Assembly: GCA_964604825.1 (NCBI GenBank)
Contig: CAZSAL010000004.1
Coordinates: forward strand, 11,400-75,399
Direction of reading: 5' to 3'
DNA: 64,000 nt
Source: an uncultured Elusimicrobia bacterium
GTDB taxonomy: Bacteria > Elusimicrobiota > Elusimicrobia > 2-01-FULL-59-12
Below, one piece after another: positions 1-9,260 of the stretch. How positions within the stretch are numbered: the first letter of the stretch is position 1; every line of letters starts with the position of its first letter. Below the pieces are notes generated by a model. It was not told where the DNA came from, made no database searches, and saw nothing but the letters and a program-made list of their open reading frames with translations. Both the position numbers and the translations under genes were made by a program.

Positions 1-755
1 GCGGCTGCGCTCTACGGTGCGATTACTGCACCTATCCACTTATCGAAGGCCGGTCCTATCGCCTGAAGGACCCCGTGCGCGTTGTCGATGAAATGATCGA
101 CCTAGCCCATAGGCCGGAAGTCACGCATTTCTTCATAGTGGACTCCGTATTCACAATTCCTCCGGCCCATGCTAAGGCTGTCTGCCGGGAAATGATCCGG
201 CGAAGGTTCGATATCCCCTGGACGTGTTACGGCAATCCCATCGGCTTTGATGCAGAGCTGGCACATTTGATGAGTGACGCCGGTTGCGCCGGGATTGAAG
301 TCGGTTCAGACTCGGGGTCTGATCGCGTGCTGAAGAATTTGCGCAAAGGTTTCACGACATCCTCCATTAAGAATTTCCACTATCTCTGTGCGGCCGAGGG
401 TCTCAAGGATTGCCACACATTCATCCTTGGCACCGAGGGCGAAACTCTAGATGAAGTTCAAACCACATTGCGGTTCGCTGCGGACCTCGATCCCTACGCT
501 GCCATACTATCTGTCTGGAACGATGACAATGACATCTTCGGTGGGAAAGCCGCTGCCGAGCGGACTCATTTTAGAAAAATCGTCTTGGAAGAAATCTCGG
601 CCAATCAGCATTTATTTCCCTATTGGGTGGTCCAGGAATTGGGCATTCTTTTTGATCCCTCCCTTTTTCAGTTGCTGAGGGCACGAGGGATTCAGGGTCC
701 CCTTTGGCAGTACATCCGCAATGCAGGCTCATCGTTCAAACTTAAGGAGGCATGA
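1..755 (+). CDS. radical SAM domain protein, 5'-partial; reading frame is open to the window start (listed ORF begins at GTG 75)
   Basis: Translation shows a radical-SAM/TIM-barrel-like C-terminal region (IEVGSDSGSD, TFILGTEGET). No in-frame stop between nt 3 and 75. Confidence 0.55.
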   Translation, partial: GCALRCDYCTYPLIEGRSYRLKDPVRVVDEMIDLAHRPEVTHFFIVDSVFTIPPAHAKAVCREMIRRRFDIPWTCYGNPIGFDAELAHLMSDAGCAGIEVGSDSGSDRVLKNLRKGFTTSSIKNFHYLCAAEGLKDCHTFILGTEGETLDEVQTTLRFAADLDPYAAILSVWNDDNDIFGGKAAAERTHFRKIVLEEISANQHLFPYWVVQELGILFDPSLFQLLRARGIQGPLWQYIRNAGSSFKLKEA

Positions 756-1156
756 TCGTGAAAAAGCCAAGCTTAATAATCGGGATTCTGTCGGCAGTGC
801 TAATCTCAGGGTGCTTCACGCATAGAGTTTTACTGAATCCAGAGGTCAATATTCCAGCGAATCTATCACAAACGGATGTCCAAACAGCCATACATAAAGC
901 TTTTGACAGTTACGGATGGACAGTGGATAAACAAGAATCTGGATTGATCACGGCACATTTGCAGCAGGACAAGTTTTTCGCGAGTGTTCGCGTGGTCTAT
1001 GATCAAAACAGGGCAACTATAGAATATGTCGAAAGCAAAAACTTCTGGCATGAAAAGTCCGTCACGGGGGAAGAAAGAATTCATAGCCGTTATAACGTCT
1101 GGGTTAAGAATATTGCTGAGAGCCTTGCGGTCAAGTTGAATCCCAAACACCAGTAA
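752..1156 (+). CDS. small lipoprotein (signal peptide with lipobox LISGC)
   Basis: N-terminal hydrophobic segment ending ...VLISGCFTH. ATGA overlap with the upstream gene. Confidence 0.45.
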   Translation: MIVKKPSLIIGILSAVLISGCFTHRVLLNPEVNIPANLSQTDVQTAIHKAFDSYGWTVDKQESGLITAHLQQDKFFASVRVVYDQNRATIEYVESKNFWHEKSVTGEERIHSRYNVWVKNIAESLAVKLNPKHQ

Positions 1157-1336
1157 ATATCTGACGGCGGCCTTGTTCTGATTAGTGATAAAATAACCTC
1201 CGCTATAGACCAAATCTGGCGACGATTTGTTGAGCTAATTTCATTTGCCCTGTTTGGATTAGGCGGCCTGATTCTGGGGACGTTTGTTTTCCCTTTTATA
1301 TGGATCCTTCCTGCTTCGCGGGCTGCGAAGACATCC

Positions 1337-1987
1337 TTGATTCAATGGGTTGTTTATCGTTCTTTTAGACTGTTTTTGGGGTTCATTGAAGCATTCAAAG
1401 GTATGGAATTCCGGTTTGAAGGAGCGGAATTCCTCAAAAGTCCTGGCGCCGGACTCATCATCGCCAATCATCCGACACTGCTTGATGTTGTTGTTCTAAT
1501 TTCACAGCTTCCACAGGTGGATTGTATCGTCAAGAAGGAACTGTGGAATAATTTCTTTCTTAAGCTAATCGTCTCTTGGGCGGGATATATTCCTAACGAC
1601 GATGGCTTAGGGTTAACAGAAGCCGCAATTCAACGATTAGGGGAAGGAAGAAAGGTCATAATCTTTCCAGAAGGGACCCGGTCTCCTCAAGAAGGAATAC
1701 GACCTTTCAATAAGGGCTTCGCATATATCGCCGTACGCTCTAGGTGTCTTCTGTGGCCGGTAGTCATGACCTGTCGTCCCGCCGCGTTAATGAAGGGGCA
1801 AAGCGTGTTTAGCGTTCCGCTCACGCGCGCGAGACTTACTGCCGTTGCCGGCAAGCCGCTCAATCCGGTGGACTATATCGAAGCTGGGGACCGCGATCCC
1901 ATTGCAGCCAGAAAAGTAGCCGCGGCCGTACAGCGATACTTTGAGGAGAAATTAGACGATGCAGAACTTGGAAGAACTGGAAAATGA
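1337..1987 (+). CDS. lysophospholipid / 1-acyl-sn-glycerol-3-phosphate acyltransferase family protein; N-terminus may extend upstream to about 1200
   Basis: HX4D motif (IANHPTLLD) and FPEGTRS motif of PlsC/LPLAT acyltransferases. A TM-like segment lies in the open frame upstream of the listed ATG. Confidence 0.7.
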   Translation: MIQWVVYRSFRLFLGFIEAFKGMEFRFEGAEFLKSPGAGLIIANHPTLLDVVVLISQLPQVDCIVKKELWNNFFLKLIVSWAGYIPNDDGLGLTEAAIQRLGEGRKVIIFPEGTRSPQEGIRPFNKGFAYIAVRSRCLLWPVVMTCRPAALMKGQSVFSVPLTRARLTAVAGKPLNPVDYIEAGDRDPIAARKVAAAVQRYFEEKLDDAELGRTGK

Positions 1988-2246
1988 AATTAAGGTCCTT
2001 ATCGTGAATTCATTGAGGCTCGAAGATGTAAAGCCTCATGACATTAAGAGCGGTCAACCTCTATTCGGGAAGGGATTAGGATTGGATTCCATCGATGCGT
2101 TGGAGCTCTCCGTCGCACTTGCAAAGAAATACGGTGTACTGCTAGATGGAAAGACAACCGACTATAAGAAGCATTTTGCGTCAGTGCGAAATCTGGCTTT
2201 GTTTGTGTCAACTCGGCCAAAGGGGAAAAACAAAAAAAAGCCATGA
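1959..2246 (+). CDS. acyl carrier protein
   Basis: LGLDSIDALEL phosphopantetheine-attachment motif; about 95 aa. Confidence 0.8.
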   Translation: MQNLEELENEIKVLIVNSLRLEDVKPHDIKSGQPLFGKGLGLDSIDALELSVALAKKYGVLLDGKTTDYKKHFASVRNLALFVSTRPKGKNKKKP

Positions 2247-2512
2247 TCACGAAAGAGGCAGTTACAAAAAAGGTAAAAGAAGTGTTTGAGCGCGAGTTCG
2301 ATATTGCACCGTCAGAAATGAAGCCGGGAGCCAATCTGTATAAGGATTTGGGCTTAGACAGTATCGACGCCATCGATCTGGTCGTCCGTTTGGAGGTCGA
2401 AACGGGATTAAAATTGAAAGCGACCGAGTTGAAATCTATCCGCACGTTTCAGGACGTGGTCGACGTTGTTTGGAAGAAACTCCAGAAGAAAAAAGCCGCC
2501 CGTGAGAAATGA
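2243..2512 (+). CDS. acyl carrier protein (second, tandem)
   Basis: LGLDSIDAIDLV motif; ATGA overlap with the preceding ACP. Confidence 0.8.
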   Translation: MITKEAVTKKVKEVFEREFDIAPSEMKPGANLYKDLGLDSIDAIDLVVRLEVETGLKLKATELKSIRTFQDVVDVVWKKLQKKKAAREK

Positions 2513-3153
2513 TGACACCAAGTGCAGGGACGCAAGACAAGGCATCCTGCCCAACTAAAGTCTTTTCGCTCGCTGTTGCAGCCCTTATTCTGACGTACCC
2601 CTTCTTGGTCTACTTTGGCTGGCAGCGGATCAGCCCGCGCCTTATTATGGGAGCAGCAATTGTTTTATTCGGATTACGTCTGCTTTTCGCAGCTTCCCGA
2701 CTGAGTCGATCCCAATGCAAGGAACTGGCAGAACCATGGCTTTTCCCTGCTGCATTCCTCTTGATCGCATTCGCTATAGGACGCCGGACATTGATTCTTT
2801 ATTGGCCAGCAACAATATCCACCGCACTACTTTTCGCGTTTGGCCGCACGCTGGCACACCCACCGACAGTTGTTGAACTCTTTGCCCGAGTTCAAAAATC
2901 AATACTGACAGACGAGGAAATCGCCTATTGCCGTAACGTCACGCGGATATGGTGTCTATTCTTTATGGCAAACGGATCGATCGCGCTATGGCTTGCATGG
3001 GGCGGCTCACTACGAGAATGGACGCTGTATAACGGAATGATTTCGTATCTGCTCATTGGAACTCTGATGGCCTCAGAGTATTTCTACCGTCACTGGCGAT
3101 TTCGACCGGAGGGCCATTTGTTGAGCAATTGGATGAATCGATGGACCCACTAA
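2509..3153 (+). CDS. integral membrane protein of the APE-type cluster
   Basis: Multiple hydrophobic helices; ATGA-coupled within the operon. Confidence 0.5.
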   Translation: MMTPSAGTQDKASCPTKVFSLAVAALILTYPFLVYFGWQRISPRLIMGAAIVLFGLRLLFAASRLSRSQCKELAEPWLFPAAFLLIAFAIGRRTLILYWPATISTALLFAFGRTLAHPPTVVELFARVQKSILTDEEIAYCRNVTRIWCLFFMANGSIALWLAWGGSLREWTLYNGMISYLLIGTLMASEYFYRHWRFRPEGHLLSNWMNRWTH

Positions 3154-4886
3154 ACTGCTTGATGTTGGCCAAGAGGCCGCGTCACGCCGTTGTCGCCTTA
3201 AACCGTAATCGAACGTATTCATGGGATGAATTCCAGAATCACGTGGGTGGCTTGTGTGCGCAATTATCGAAGTGCCCCGGTGGGCGTTGGCTGCTGACGT
3301 GCCAATCTAGTTATGCTTTCGCAGTTGGACTTTTTGCGTTGTGGCATACCGAGCGCGTAGCCGTGCTGGCGCCCAATCAACAACCCAAGAGTCTAGTGGA
3401 AGTGGCAAAAGGCGTCGCCGGTCTCATCACAGATAGTGATCATTCAGCACCTCGTATTCCTCGGCTACGACCCCTCGCGACGTCCGCCAGGGCGCGGGGG
3501 TGGGAGAAATTGAAGCTCTCTCAAACCTGTTTGGAGCTATTTACGTCGGGGTCGACCGGAGACCGCAAAGTGGTCTTGAAGAATCTATCTATGCTGCAAT
3601 GCGAAATTGCGGCTTTGGAAGCGACGTTTGGTAATCGACTGAGGGATTCTGCAGCCTATTCGACAGTTTCGCATCAGCACATTTATGGATTGCTCTTTCG
3701 ACTCTTATGGCCCCTAAGCTCCGCGCGACCATTTATCGATGAATCGGTGTCATTTTGGGAAGAATTGGACATAAGCATTGCTCGAGGAAGATCGGTCTAT
3801 TTAGTGAACTCCCCCACACATCTCGAACGAATCTCGTCAACAGGTCGTAAGGCGCTTGTAGCCGCCCATCCCCGAGCGATCTTTTCGTCTGGCGGGCCGC
3901 TCCGGGTATCTGCGGCCGCGCAAATAAGGGAAATACTCGGGGCAGCACCGATAGAGGTGTTTGGCTCAACGGAGACGGGTGGCGTCGGCTGGCGACTATG
4001 TAATAGGACTAAGAGATCGCAAGACTGGACACCCTTGAGAGGCGTAACAATTTCAGTAGAAGGCGCGGCCAGCATAGGGACTTTTCGCGTCAGCTCGCCG
4101 TTTGTAAGTTCAGCGGACGCATCGCTCATAATGGGCGATCGAGGAATAGTGTTACCCAATGGCAAGTTCCGTATTGAAGGTCGCATCGACCGAATCGTCA
4201 AAATATCGGAAAAACGTGTATCCCTCGACGACATGGAACGTCGCCTTTCGCGTCACCCCTGGGTAGCTGAAACCAAAGTCGTTCTGCTCCATTCTAACGA
4301 CGAGTCCTCCAGAAGTGTTCTTGGCGCGGCCATCGTTTTGAATTCGAAGGGCGAATCTCAACTTAAGCGGGGAGGGAGACCCGCGCTATCCGTGGCTTTC
4401 CGGAGACATCTTCAAAAACACTTTGATATATCAACGCTGCCTCGTATATTCCGATTCATTGAAGTCATGCCCGGAAATGCCCAGGGCAAAGTATCGGAAA
4501 TCTCTCTTAAGTCTATCTTCCAGAGCCAATTCGATTCTGCGGTGACGATGCCGCAACGACTTCGAGAGACCAAGACAAATTCAGCACTTCGAGTTCGCTA
4601 CCGTGTTCCTCGCGAATTGGCCTATTTTGAAGGGCATTTTCCGCACTATCCGGTCGTTCCAGGGATTGTCCAGATTCGCTGGGTGGTCGAAGCCGCGAGC
4701 CAATGGTTGGGAAGTCGGTTTGATATTCAACGCATGGAGGCGATCAAATTCAAGAACTTACTCCTTCCAAATCAGATGTTTTCCTTGACAGTAGATAAGG
4801 AACGTTCGGGAATGTCGTCGATATTGCGTTTTTCTCTTTCGGAGAAAAACACCCTCTACAGTTCAGGCCGCCTGGTGTTAGCATGA
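3129..4886 (+). CDS. AMP-dependent acyl-CoA/ACP ligase fused to a C-terminal hotdog (FabA/FabZ-like) dehydratase domain
   Basis: FTSGSTGDRK AMP-binding motif. C-terminal FEGHFPHYPVVPGIVQIRW hotdog dehydratase signature. Confidence 0.7.
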   Translation: MDESMDPLNCLMLAKRPRHAVVALNRNRTYSWDEFQNHVGGLCAQLSKCPGGRWLLTCQSSYAFAVGLFALWHTERVAVLAPNQQPKSLVEVAKGVAGLITDSDHSAPRIPRLRPLATSARARGWEKLKLSQTCLELFTSGSTGDRKVVLKNLSMLQCEIAALEATFGNRLRDSAAYSTVSHQHIYGLLFRLLWPLSSARPFIDESVSFWEELDISIARGRSVYLVNSPTHLERISSTGRKALVAAHPRAIFSSGGPLRVSAAAQIREILGAAPIEVFGSTETGGVGWRLCNRTKRSQDWTPLRGVTISVEGAASIGTFRVSSPFVSSADASLIMGDRGIVLPNGKFRIEGRIDRIVKISEKRVSLDDMERRLSRHPWVAETKVVLLHSNDESSRSVLGAAIVLNSKGESQLKRGGRPALSVAFRRHLQKHFDISTLPRIFRFIEVMPGNAQGKVSEISLKSIFQSQFDSAVTMPQRLRETKTNSALRVRYRVPRELAYFEGHFPHYPVVPGIVQIRWVVEAASQWLGSRFDIQRMEAIKFKNLLLPNQMFSLTVDKERSGMSSILRFSLSEKNTLYSSGRLVLA

Positions 4887-5638
4887 CGGAATCATCTATA
4901 CAGCACTGCATCGTCATTCCAGTTTATCGCCATTTTGGTCCCCTCGCAGTCGTCCTTGATCAGTTGGACCGATACGGTCTACGCTGCTATTTAGTGGATG
5001 ACTGCAATGAAACCCCTCTAAAGGACGCGATGGCCGCAGAACTTAGCCGCCGACCCCATGTCGAAGTACTTCGGTTGGAGATTCACGGCGGGAAAGGCGC
5101 TGCTTGTGTCGAAGGTGCACGCCTGGCGCATCGACACGGATTTAGTCACGCGATTTTTATAGATGCGGACGACCAGCACGAGGTGGCCGATATTCCTCGA
5201 GTGCTGGCGCTGTCACTCCAGAATCCGACGGCAATGATTCTAGGGAATCCGATGTTTGATCCATCTGCGCCAATGGCGCGACGTTTCGGACGGATTGTTA
5301 GCAACATGTGGGTATGGCTTGAGACATTATCGTTTGATATCAAGGACTCGCTCTGCGGATTTCGTTGTCTACCGCTTGATCCTTTTCTCCGAATTGCCTC
5401 GGGCTGTCAGCTGGGGCGCCGAATGGATTTCGATCCCGACATTGCGGTGCGTCTATTCTGGGAGGGCGTGCCGGCTGTAAATTTTGAAACTCACATACGC
5501 TATCCTCCCCAAGGAATCTCGAGCTTTGATTTTCTGCACGATAACGTAGCCTTGTTTCGGCTCCACTCTAAGCTCTTTTTTGGCATGGTGGTACGTAGTC
5601 CCCTTCTTTTGCTTCGCCATTGGTCACACGCCCCATGA
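4883..5638 (+). CDS. family 2 glycosyltransferase
   Basis: GT2-like N-terminus (VIPVYRHF...DDCNE...FIDADD, DXD-like); ATGA overlap. Confidence 0.6.
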   Translation: MTESSIQHCIVIPVYRHFGPLAVVLDQLDRYGLRCYLVDDCNETPLKDAMAAELSRRPHVEVLRLEIHGGKGAACVEGARLAHRHGFSHAIFIDADDQHEVADIPRVLALSLQNPTAMILGNPMFDPSAPMARRFGRIVSNMWVWLETLSFDIKDSLCGFRCLPLDPFLRIASGCQLGRRMDFDPDIAVRLFWEGVPAVNFETHIRYPPQGISSFDFLHDNVALFRLHSKLFFGMVVRSPLLLLRHWSHAP

Positions 5639-6576
5639 ACGAAAAACCTATAGCGCGTTGGCAAAACATTCGGGAAAAGGGGTCGATATGGGGGATGCTC
5701 TTTACCGCCAAGGTGTATCGGCTCTTGGGCCGTTGGGCCACAGAGCCGATCCTATGGGTCATTGTGTTTTACTTCTTTCTAAAAGACAGACGGACGCGGG
5801 GGGCCTCACGTCAATACCTCGAACGCATTTCCTCGACAAAGGCTAATTTAAGAAGACCACGATGGTGGGACGTGTATCGCCATCATTTATCGTTTGCTCG
5901 AACATCGTTGGATCGCTTTGACGTCTGGACAAATCGATTGGATGATTACACCTTCTATTACCACGGAGAAGAGAATGTGACCCGCCTATTGGAACAGGGG
6001 CGTGGCGCGGTCTTGATCGGAGCACATTTAGGGAACTTTGATACCTTGCGGGCGCTCGGGAAGCGGCGAGGCGGAAAGATCCATATCTTGACTGATCGAC
6101 GAAATTCTCAAAAGTTCTCACAGATTTTACGTCGCTTTTGTCCCGACATGGATGAAGGCATCGTAGAATATGAACCTGGCGCGGTCGAGACTATCTTCGA
6201 ACTAAAACAAGCCATCGAGCGCGGTGAGTTTGTCGGATTGCTGGGGGACCGAATCGGAGCGGTGGGAGGGCGTGCATTGCGGCGCGTCAGCTCCGCTACG
6301 TTTTTGGGCGCAAGCGCCTCTTTTCCTCAGGCGCCTTTTCTTTTTGCAGCGCACTTGGAATGTCCGGTACTGCTTCTCTTTGCCCTTCGAAGAGCACATC
6401 GGATTTACGATTTTTACGTAGAGCCGTTTGCAGAACGCATCGATTTGCCTGAGGCGGATCGCGATGAAGCCCTAAACCAATACGCGGCTGCCTTTGCGGC
6501 AAGACTGGAATATTATTGTCTGAAATCGCCTATGCAATGGTTTAATTTTTACGATTTTTGGGGGAAACTGTCATGA
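5635..6576 (+). CDS. lipid A biosynthesis (LpxL/HtrB-like) lauroyl/acyl transferase family protein
   Basis: LABLAT-like N-terminal TM plus acyltransferase body. ATG 5635 overlaps the upstream stop (ATGA); a TTG at 5620 is also possible. Confidence 0.55.
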   Translation: MNEKPIARWQNIREKGSIWGMLFTAKVYRLLGRWATEPILWVIVFYFFLKDRRTRGASRQYLERISSTKANLRRPRWWDVYRHHLSFARTSLDRFDVWTNRLDDYTFYYHGEENVTRLLEQGRGAVLIGAHLGNFDTLRALGKRRGGKIHILTDRRNSQKFSQILRRFCPDMDEGIVEYEPGAVETIFELKQAIERGEFVGLLGDRIGAVGGRALRRVSSATFLGASASFPQAPFLFAAHLECPVLLLFALRRAHRIYDFYVEPFAERIDLPEADRDEALNQYAAAFAARLEYYCLKSPMQWFNFYDFWGKLS

Positions 6577-8132
6577 CTCGACTCATTCGAATTGGTGATC
6601 GCCCCTGGCGAATAGAAGATGTCGTTGCGGTGGCCGAAGGCCGTGCGCGGGTTCAATATCGTCCCGATCCACGCACCCGCAGACTGATTCAGGCCGGGGT
6701 CGCCTTCGTCGATAAACTTTGGCGGGGGGAAGATCCTCTCTATGGAGTTACGACAGGCTTCGGAGCTTCCGTGGAACGTCCCGTTCCTGCAGCACTGGCA
6801 GTGCATCTTTCCAAGCAACTCGCGCGGTTCCATGGATGCGGTCTCGGAGACATATTTAGCGAGGAACAGACCTTGGCGATACTCGCCGCGCGGCTGATCT
6901 CCTTGGCCAGAGGCTATTCCGGTGTCCGAGAGCAAGTATTGCGCCGGCTCTGCGACATGATTAACCGGCGAGTGCTACCTGTAATTCCTCAGGAAGGCTC
7001 TGTCGGAGCAAGCGGGGATTTGACGCCGCTCTCCTATGTCGCTTCTGCGATCATGGGCGAGGGTCGAGTGCGCTTCAATGGCAGGATTGTTACCGCCCAA
7101 ATTGCGTTCAAACGCTTAGGATGGAAACCACTCGAATTAAATCCCAAAGAGGGGCTGGCTCTCATGAATGGCACAAGTGTTATGACCGCCCTGGCATGCC
7201 TAGCGCTCACGAGGGCGTCCTACCTCGAACAATTAGCCAGTCGAATTACAGCCGTGTCGGTTCTCGCGATAAAGGGGAATCCATCCCATTTTGATCGCCA
7301 ATTGTTCGAATTAAAGAATCATCCCGGACAAAAGCAATCAGCAGAACGGATCCGGAAGGATTTGCAAAGGTATTCACGTCAATCTGGCCGAACGGTTTCA
7401 CGTCTACAAGACCCCTATTCTCTGCGGTGTGCGCCCCATGTCGTCGGCGTTTTATCCGATGCGCTCCCATGGATGGTCCGTCAAATTGAGATCGAGCTCA
7501 ATAGCTCCAATGATAATCCGCTGATTGATGGAATAGGGGAACACGTGATGCACGGAGGTCACTTCTACGGTGGCCACGTCGCCTTCGTCATGGACTGTCT
7601 CAAGACGGCGGTCGCCAATGTGGCGGATCTCCTTGACCGTCAACTCGCACTACTTGTCGATATTCGAAGCAATGGGGGGCTGCCATCGAATTTGACAGGG
7701 TCATCTCAGGAACGAGCGTGCATTAATCATGGTTTTAAAGCCATTCAAATCGGCGCCTCCGCCTGGACCGCGGAAGCCTTGAAGCTGACAATGCCTGCAA
7801 GTGTGTTTTCCAGATCAACGGAATGCCACAACCAGGATAAAGTCAGCATGGGAACAATTGCCGCACGGGACGCTCTTCGAGTATTGGATTTAACGGAGCA
7901 AGTTGCCGCGGCTGTCCTGCTCGGAGCCATGCAGGGATTGGAATGCCGACTCATCGGGAAGCAGTTGGTCCGGGGGGATTATTCAATGGAGATTGACGTT
8001 CAACGACAGGCCATTCGCAGATACAGCCCATTTCTAAGAGAAGACCGCCCCCTGGAAGAGGATTTGCGCCGCACCATGAGAGAAATAGGCCGGCGCTCTT
8101 GGCCACTCTACGGGAAAACCAGCTCTTTATGA
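6573..8132 (+). CDS. aromatic amino-acid ammonia-lyase (HAL/PAL/TAL family; likely tyrosine ammonia-lyase supplying the aryl starter unit)
   Basis: GSVGASGDLTPLS contains the Ala-Ser-Gly triad that forms the MIO cofactor. ATGA overlap at 6573; alternative TTG at 6558. Confidence 0.8.
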   Translation: MTRLIRIGDRPWRIEDVVAVAEGRARVQYRPDPRTRRLIQAGVAFVDKLWRGEDPLYGVTTGFGASVERPVPAALAVHLSKQLARFHGCGLGDIFSEEQTLAILAARLISLARGYSGVREQVLRRLCDMINRRVLPVIPQEGSVGASGDLTPLSYVASAIMGEGRVRFNGRIVTAQIAFKRLGWKPLELNPKEGLALMNGTSVMTALACLALTRASYLEQLASRITAVSVLAIKGNPSHFDRQLFELKNHPGQKQSAERIRKDLQRYSRQSGRTVSRLQDPYSLRCAPHVVGVLSDALPWMVRQIEIELNSSNDNPLIDGIGEHVMHGGHFYGGHVAFVMDCLKTAVANVADLLDRQLALLVDIRSNGGLPSNLTGSSQERACINHGFKAIQIGASAWTAEALKLTMPASVFSRSTECHNQDKVSMGTIAARDALRVLDLTEQVAAAVLLGAMQGLECRLIGKQLVRGDYSMEIDVQRQAIRRYSPFLREDRPLEEDLRRTMREIGRRSWPLYGKTSSL

Positions 8133-8554
8133 CCACTTCCGCTAAAAACCGAAGTAAAAGAGCATCAAAAGTCGAAATCGACGTTCCCTTCTACGATGTA
8201 GATGGTCTAAATATCGTATGGCATGGGCATTACTTTAAGTACTTTGAAGCTGCTCGGACCGCGTTCTTACGCTCTATCGGGTTTGACGCGCCTGAAATGC
8301 GGCGATCTGGGTACATTTGGTTGGTTATCGAGTCCCATTGCCGTTACGTTGCTCCCATGCGCTACGGCATGAAAGTACTGGTCCGCGCTTCATTAGCGGA
8401 TTTCGAGCATCGCGTGAAATTTCTTTACACCGTTTTTGACAAGAAGACTCGGCGACGATTGGCCACCGGGTACACCGTCCAGGCCGCTGTCCATGCCAAA
8501 ACAGGAGAATTGTGTCTTATGACCCCTCCTATTTTTCTCCGCCATCTGAAATAA
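8129..8554 (+). CDS. 4HBT-family hotdog thioesterase
   Basis: YDVDGLNIVWHGHYFKYFE motif typical of 4-hydroxybenzoyl-CoA thioesterase-like proteins; ATGA overlap. Confidence 0.6.
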   Translation: MTTSAKNRSKRASKVEIDVPFYDVDGLNIVWHGHYFKYFEAARTAFLRSIGFDAPEMRRSGYIWLVIESHCRYVAPMRYGMKVLVRASLADFEHRVKFLYTVFDKKTRRRLATGYTVQAAVHAKTGELCLMTPPIFLRHLK

Positions 8555-8561
8555 GGCGTTA

Positions 8562-9260
8562 ATGCGTCAACGTCTCTCATGCCTCAATCATCCTTTACTG
8601 CTGACTGGATTATTTTTCATTTCATCCTTTAGGTCCATTTCAGCTTCCGACCCCGTTGTCATATCCACCCTTTCGGTGACCGATGTCGCATCTTCCGATT
8701 TTCAAACCGTTTGCGAGCATCTCCGGGCCGTGACCCTGGTTCAGGCAGATTTTGCCGAGGAAAAGACCCTCCATATTCTTACGCATCCGATTGCTTCCAC
8801 AGGAACGCTCTTATTTTCGCCAAAGTCGGGCGTCTACCGGGTCACGCTAACGCCTATCCATCAGGAACTTCTCATCACACGCTCACAATTTATCCAGAAA
8901 GATGCCCAAGGGAATGTCCAGCGAATGAGTGTGCAGCGCCAACCGGTTGCCCAAGCATTCGTTGACGTTTTTCTATCCTTTTTCGCAGGAGATAAGCAGG
9001 CTTGGGAGCGAACCTTTGAAGCATTCTTTTCCGGATCCCTCGAGCGTTGGCGAATCGTATTCCTTCCGCGACACAATAGCCCGGCTGCGAAAGCGATCCG
9101 CAAAATTGTTTTTGAGGGGCACGACGGAATTGTGGATGAAATCTCATTGATCGAAACCAATGGTGACGGGACACACACTATTTATACGCACCAGCGCGTT
9201 TCTCAGGGCGTACTAGCTGAATCTGATCAGAGGTTTCCTGCGGATCTGGCAACGCCATGA
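8562..9260 (+). CDS. LolA-like outer-membrane lipoprotein carrier family protein
   Basis: Signal peptide plus LolA-like size. Position immediately upstream of the MMPL exporter as in APE/flexirubin clusters. Confidence 0.5.
   Translation: MRQRLSCLNHPLLLTGLFFISSFRSISASDPVVISTLSVTDVASSDFQTVCEHLRAVTLVQADFAEEKTLHILTHPIASTGTLLFSPKSGVYRVTLTPIHQELLITRSQFIQKDAQGNVQRMSVQRQPVAQAFVDVFLSFFAGDKQAWERTFEAFFSGSLERWRIVFLPRHNSPAAKAIRKIVFEGHDGIVDEISLIETNGDGTHTIYTHQRVSQGVLAESDQRFPADLATP

Noticed and set aside
3733-4361. Antisense ORFs inside the AMP-ligase gene (3733-3969, 3797-4234, 4152-4361, minus strand)
   Set aside because: Typical spurious antisense ORFs of high-GC coding DNA: fully embedded in a well-supported gene, Arg/Pro/Ser-rich, no SD.
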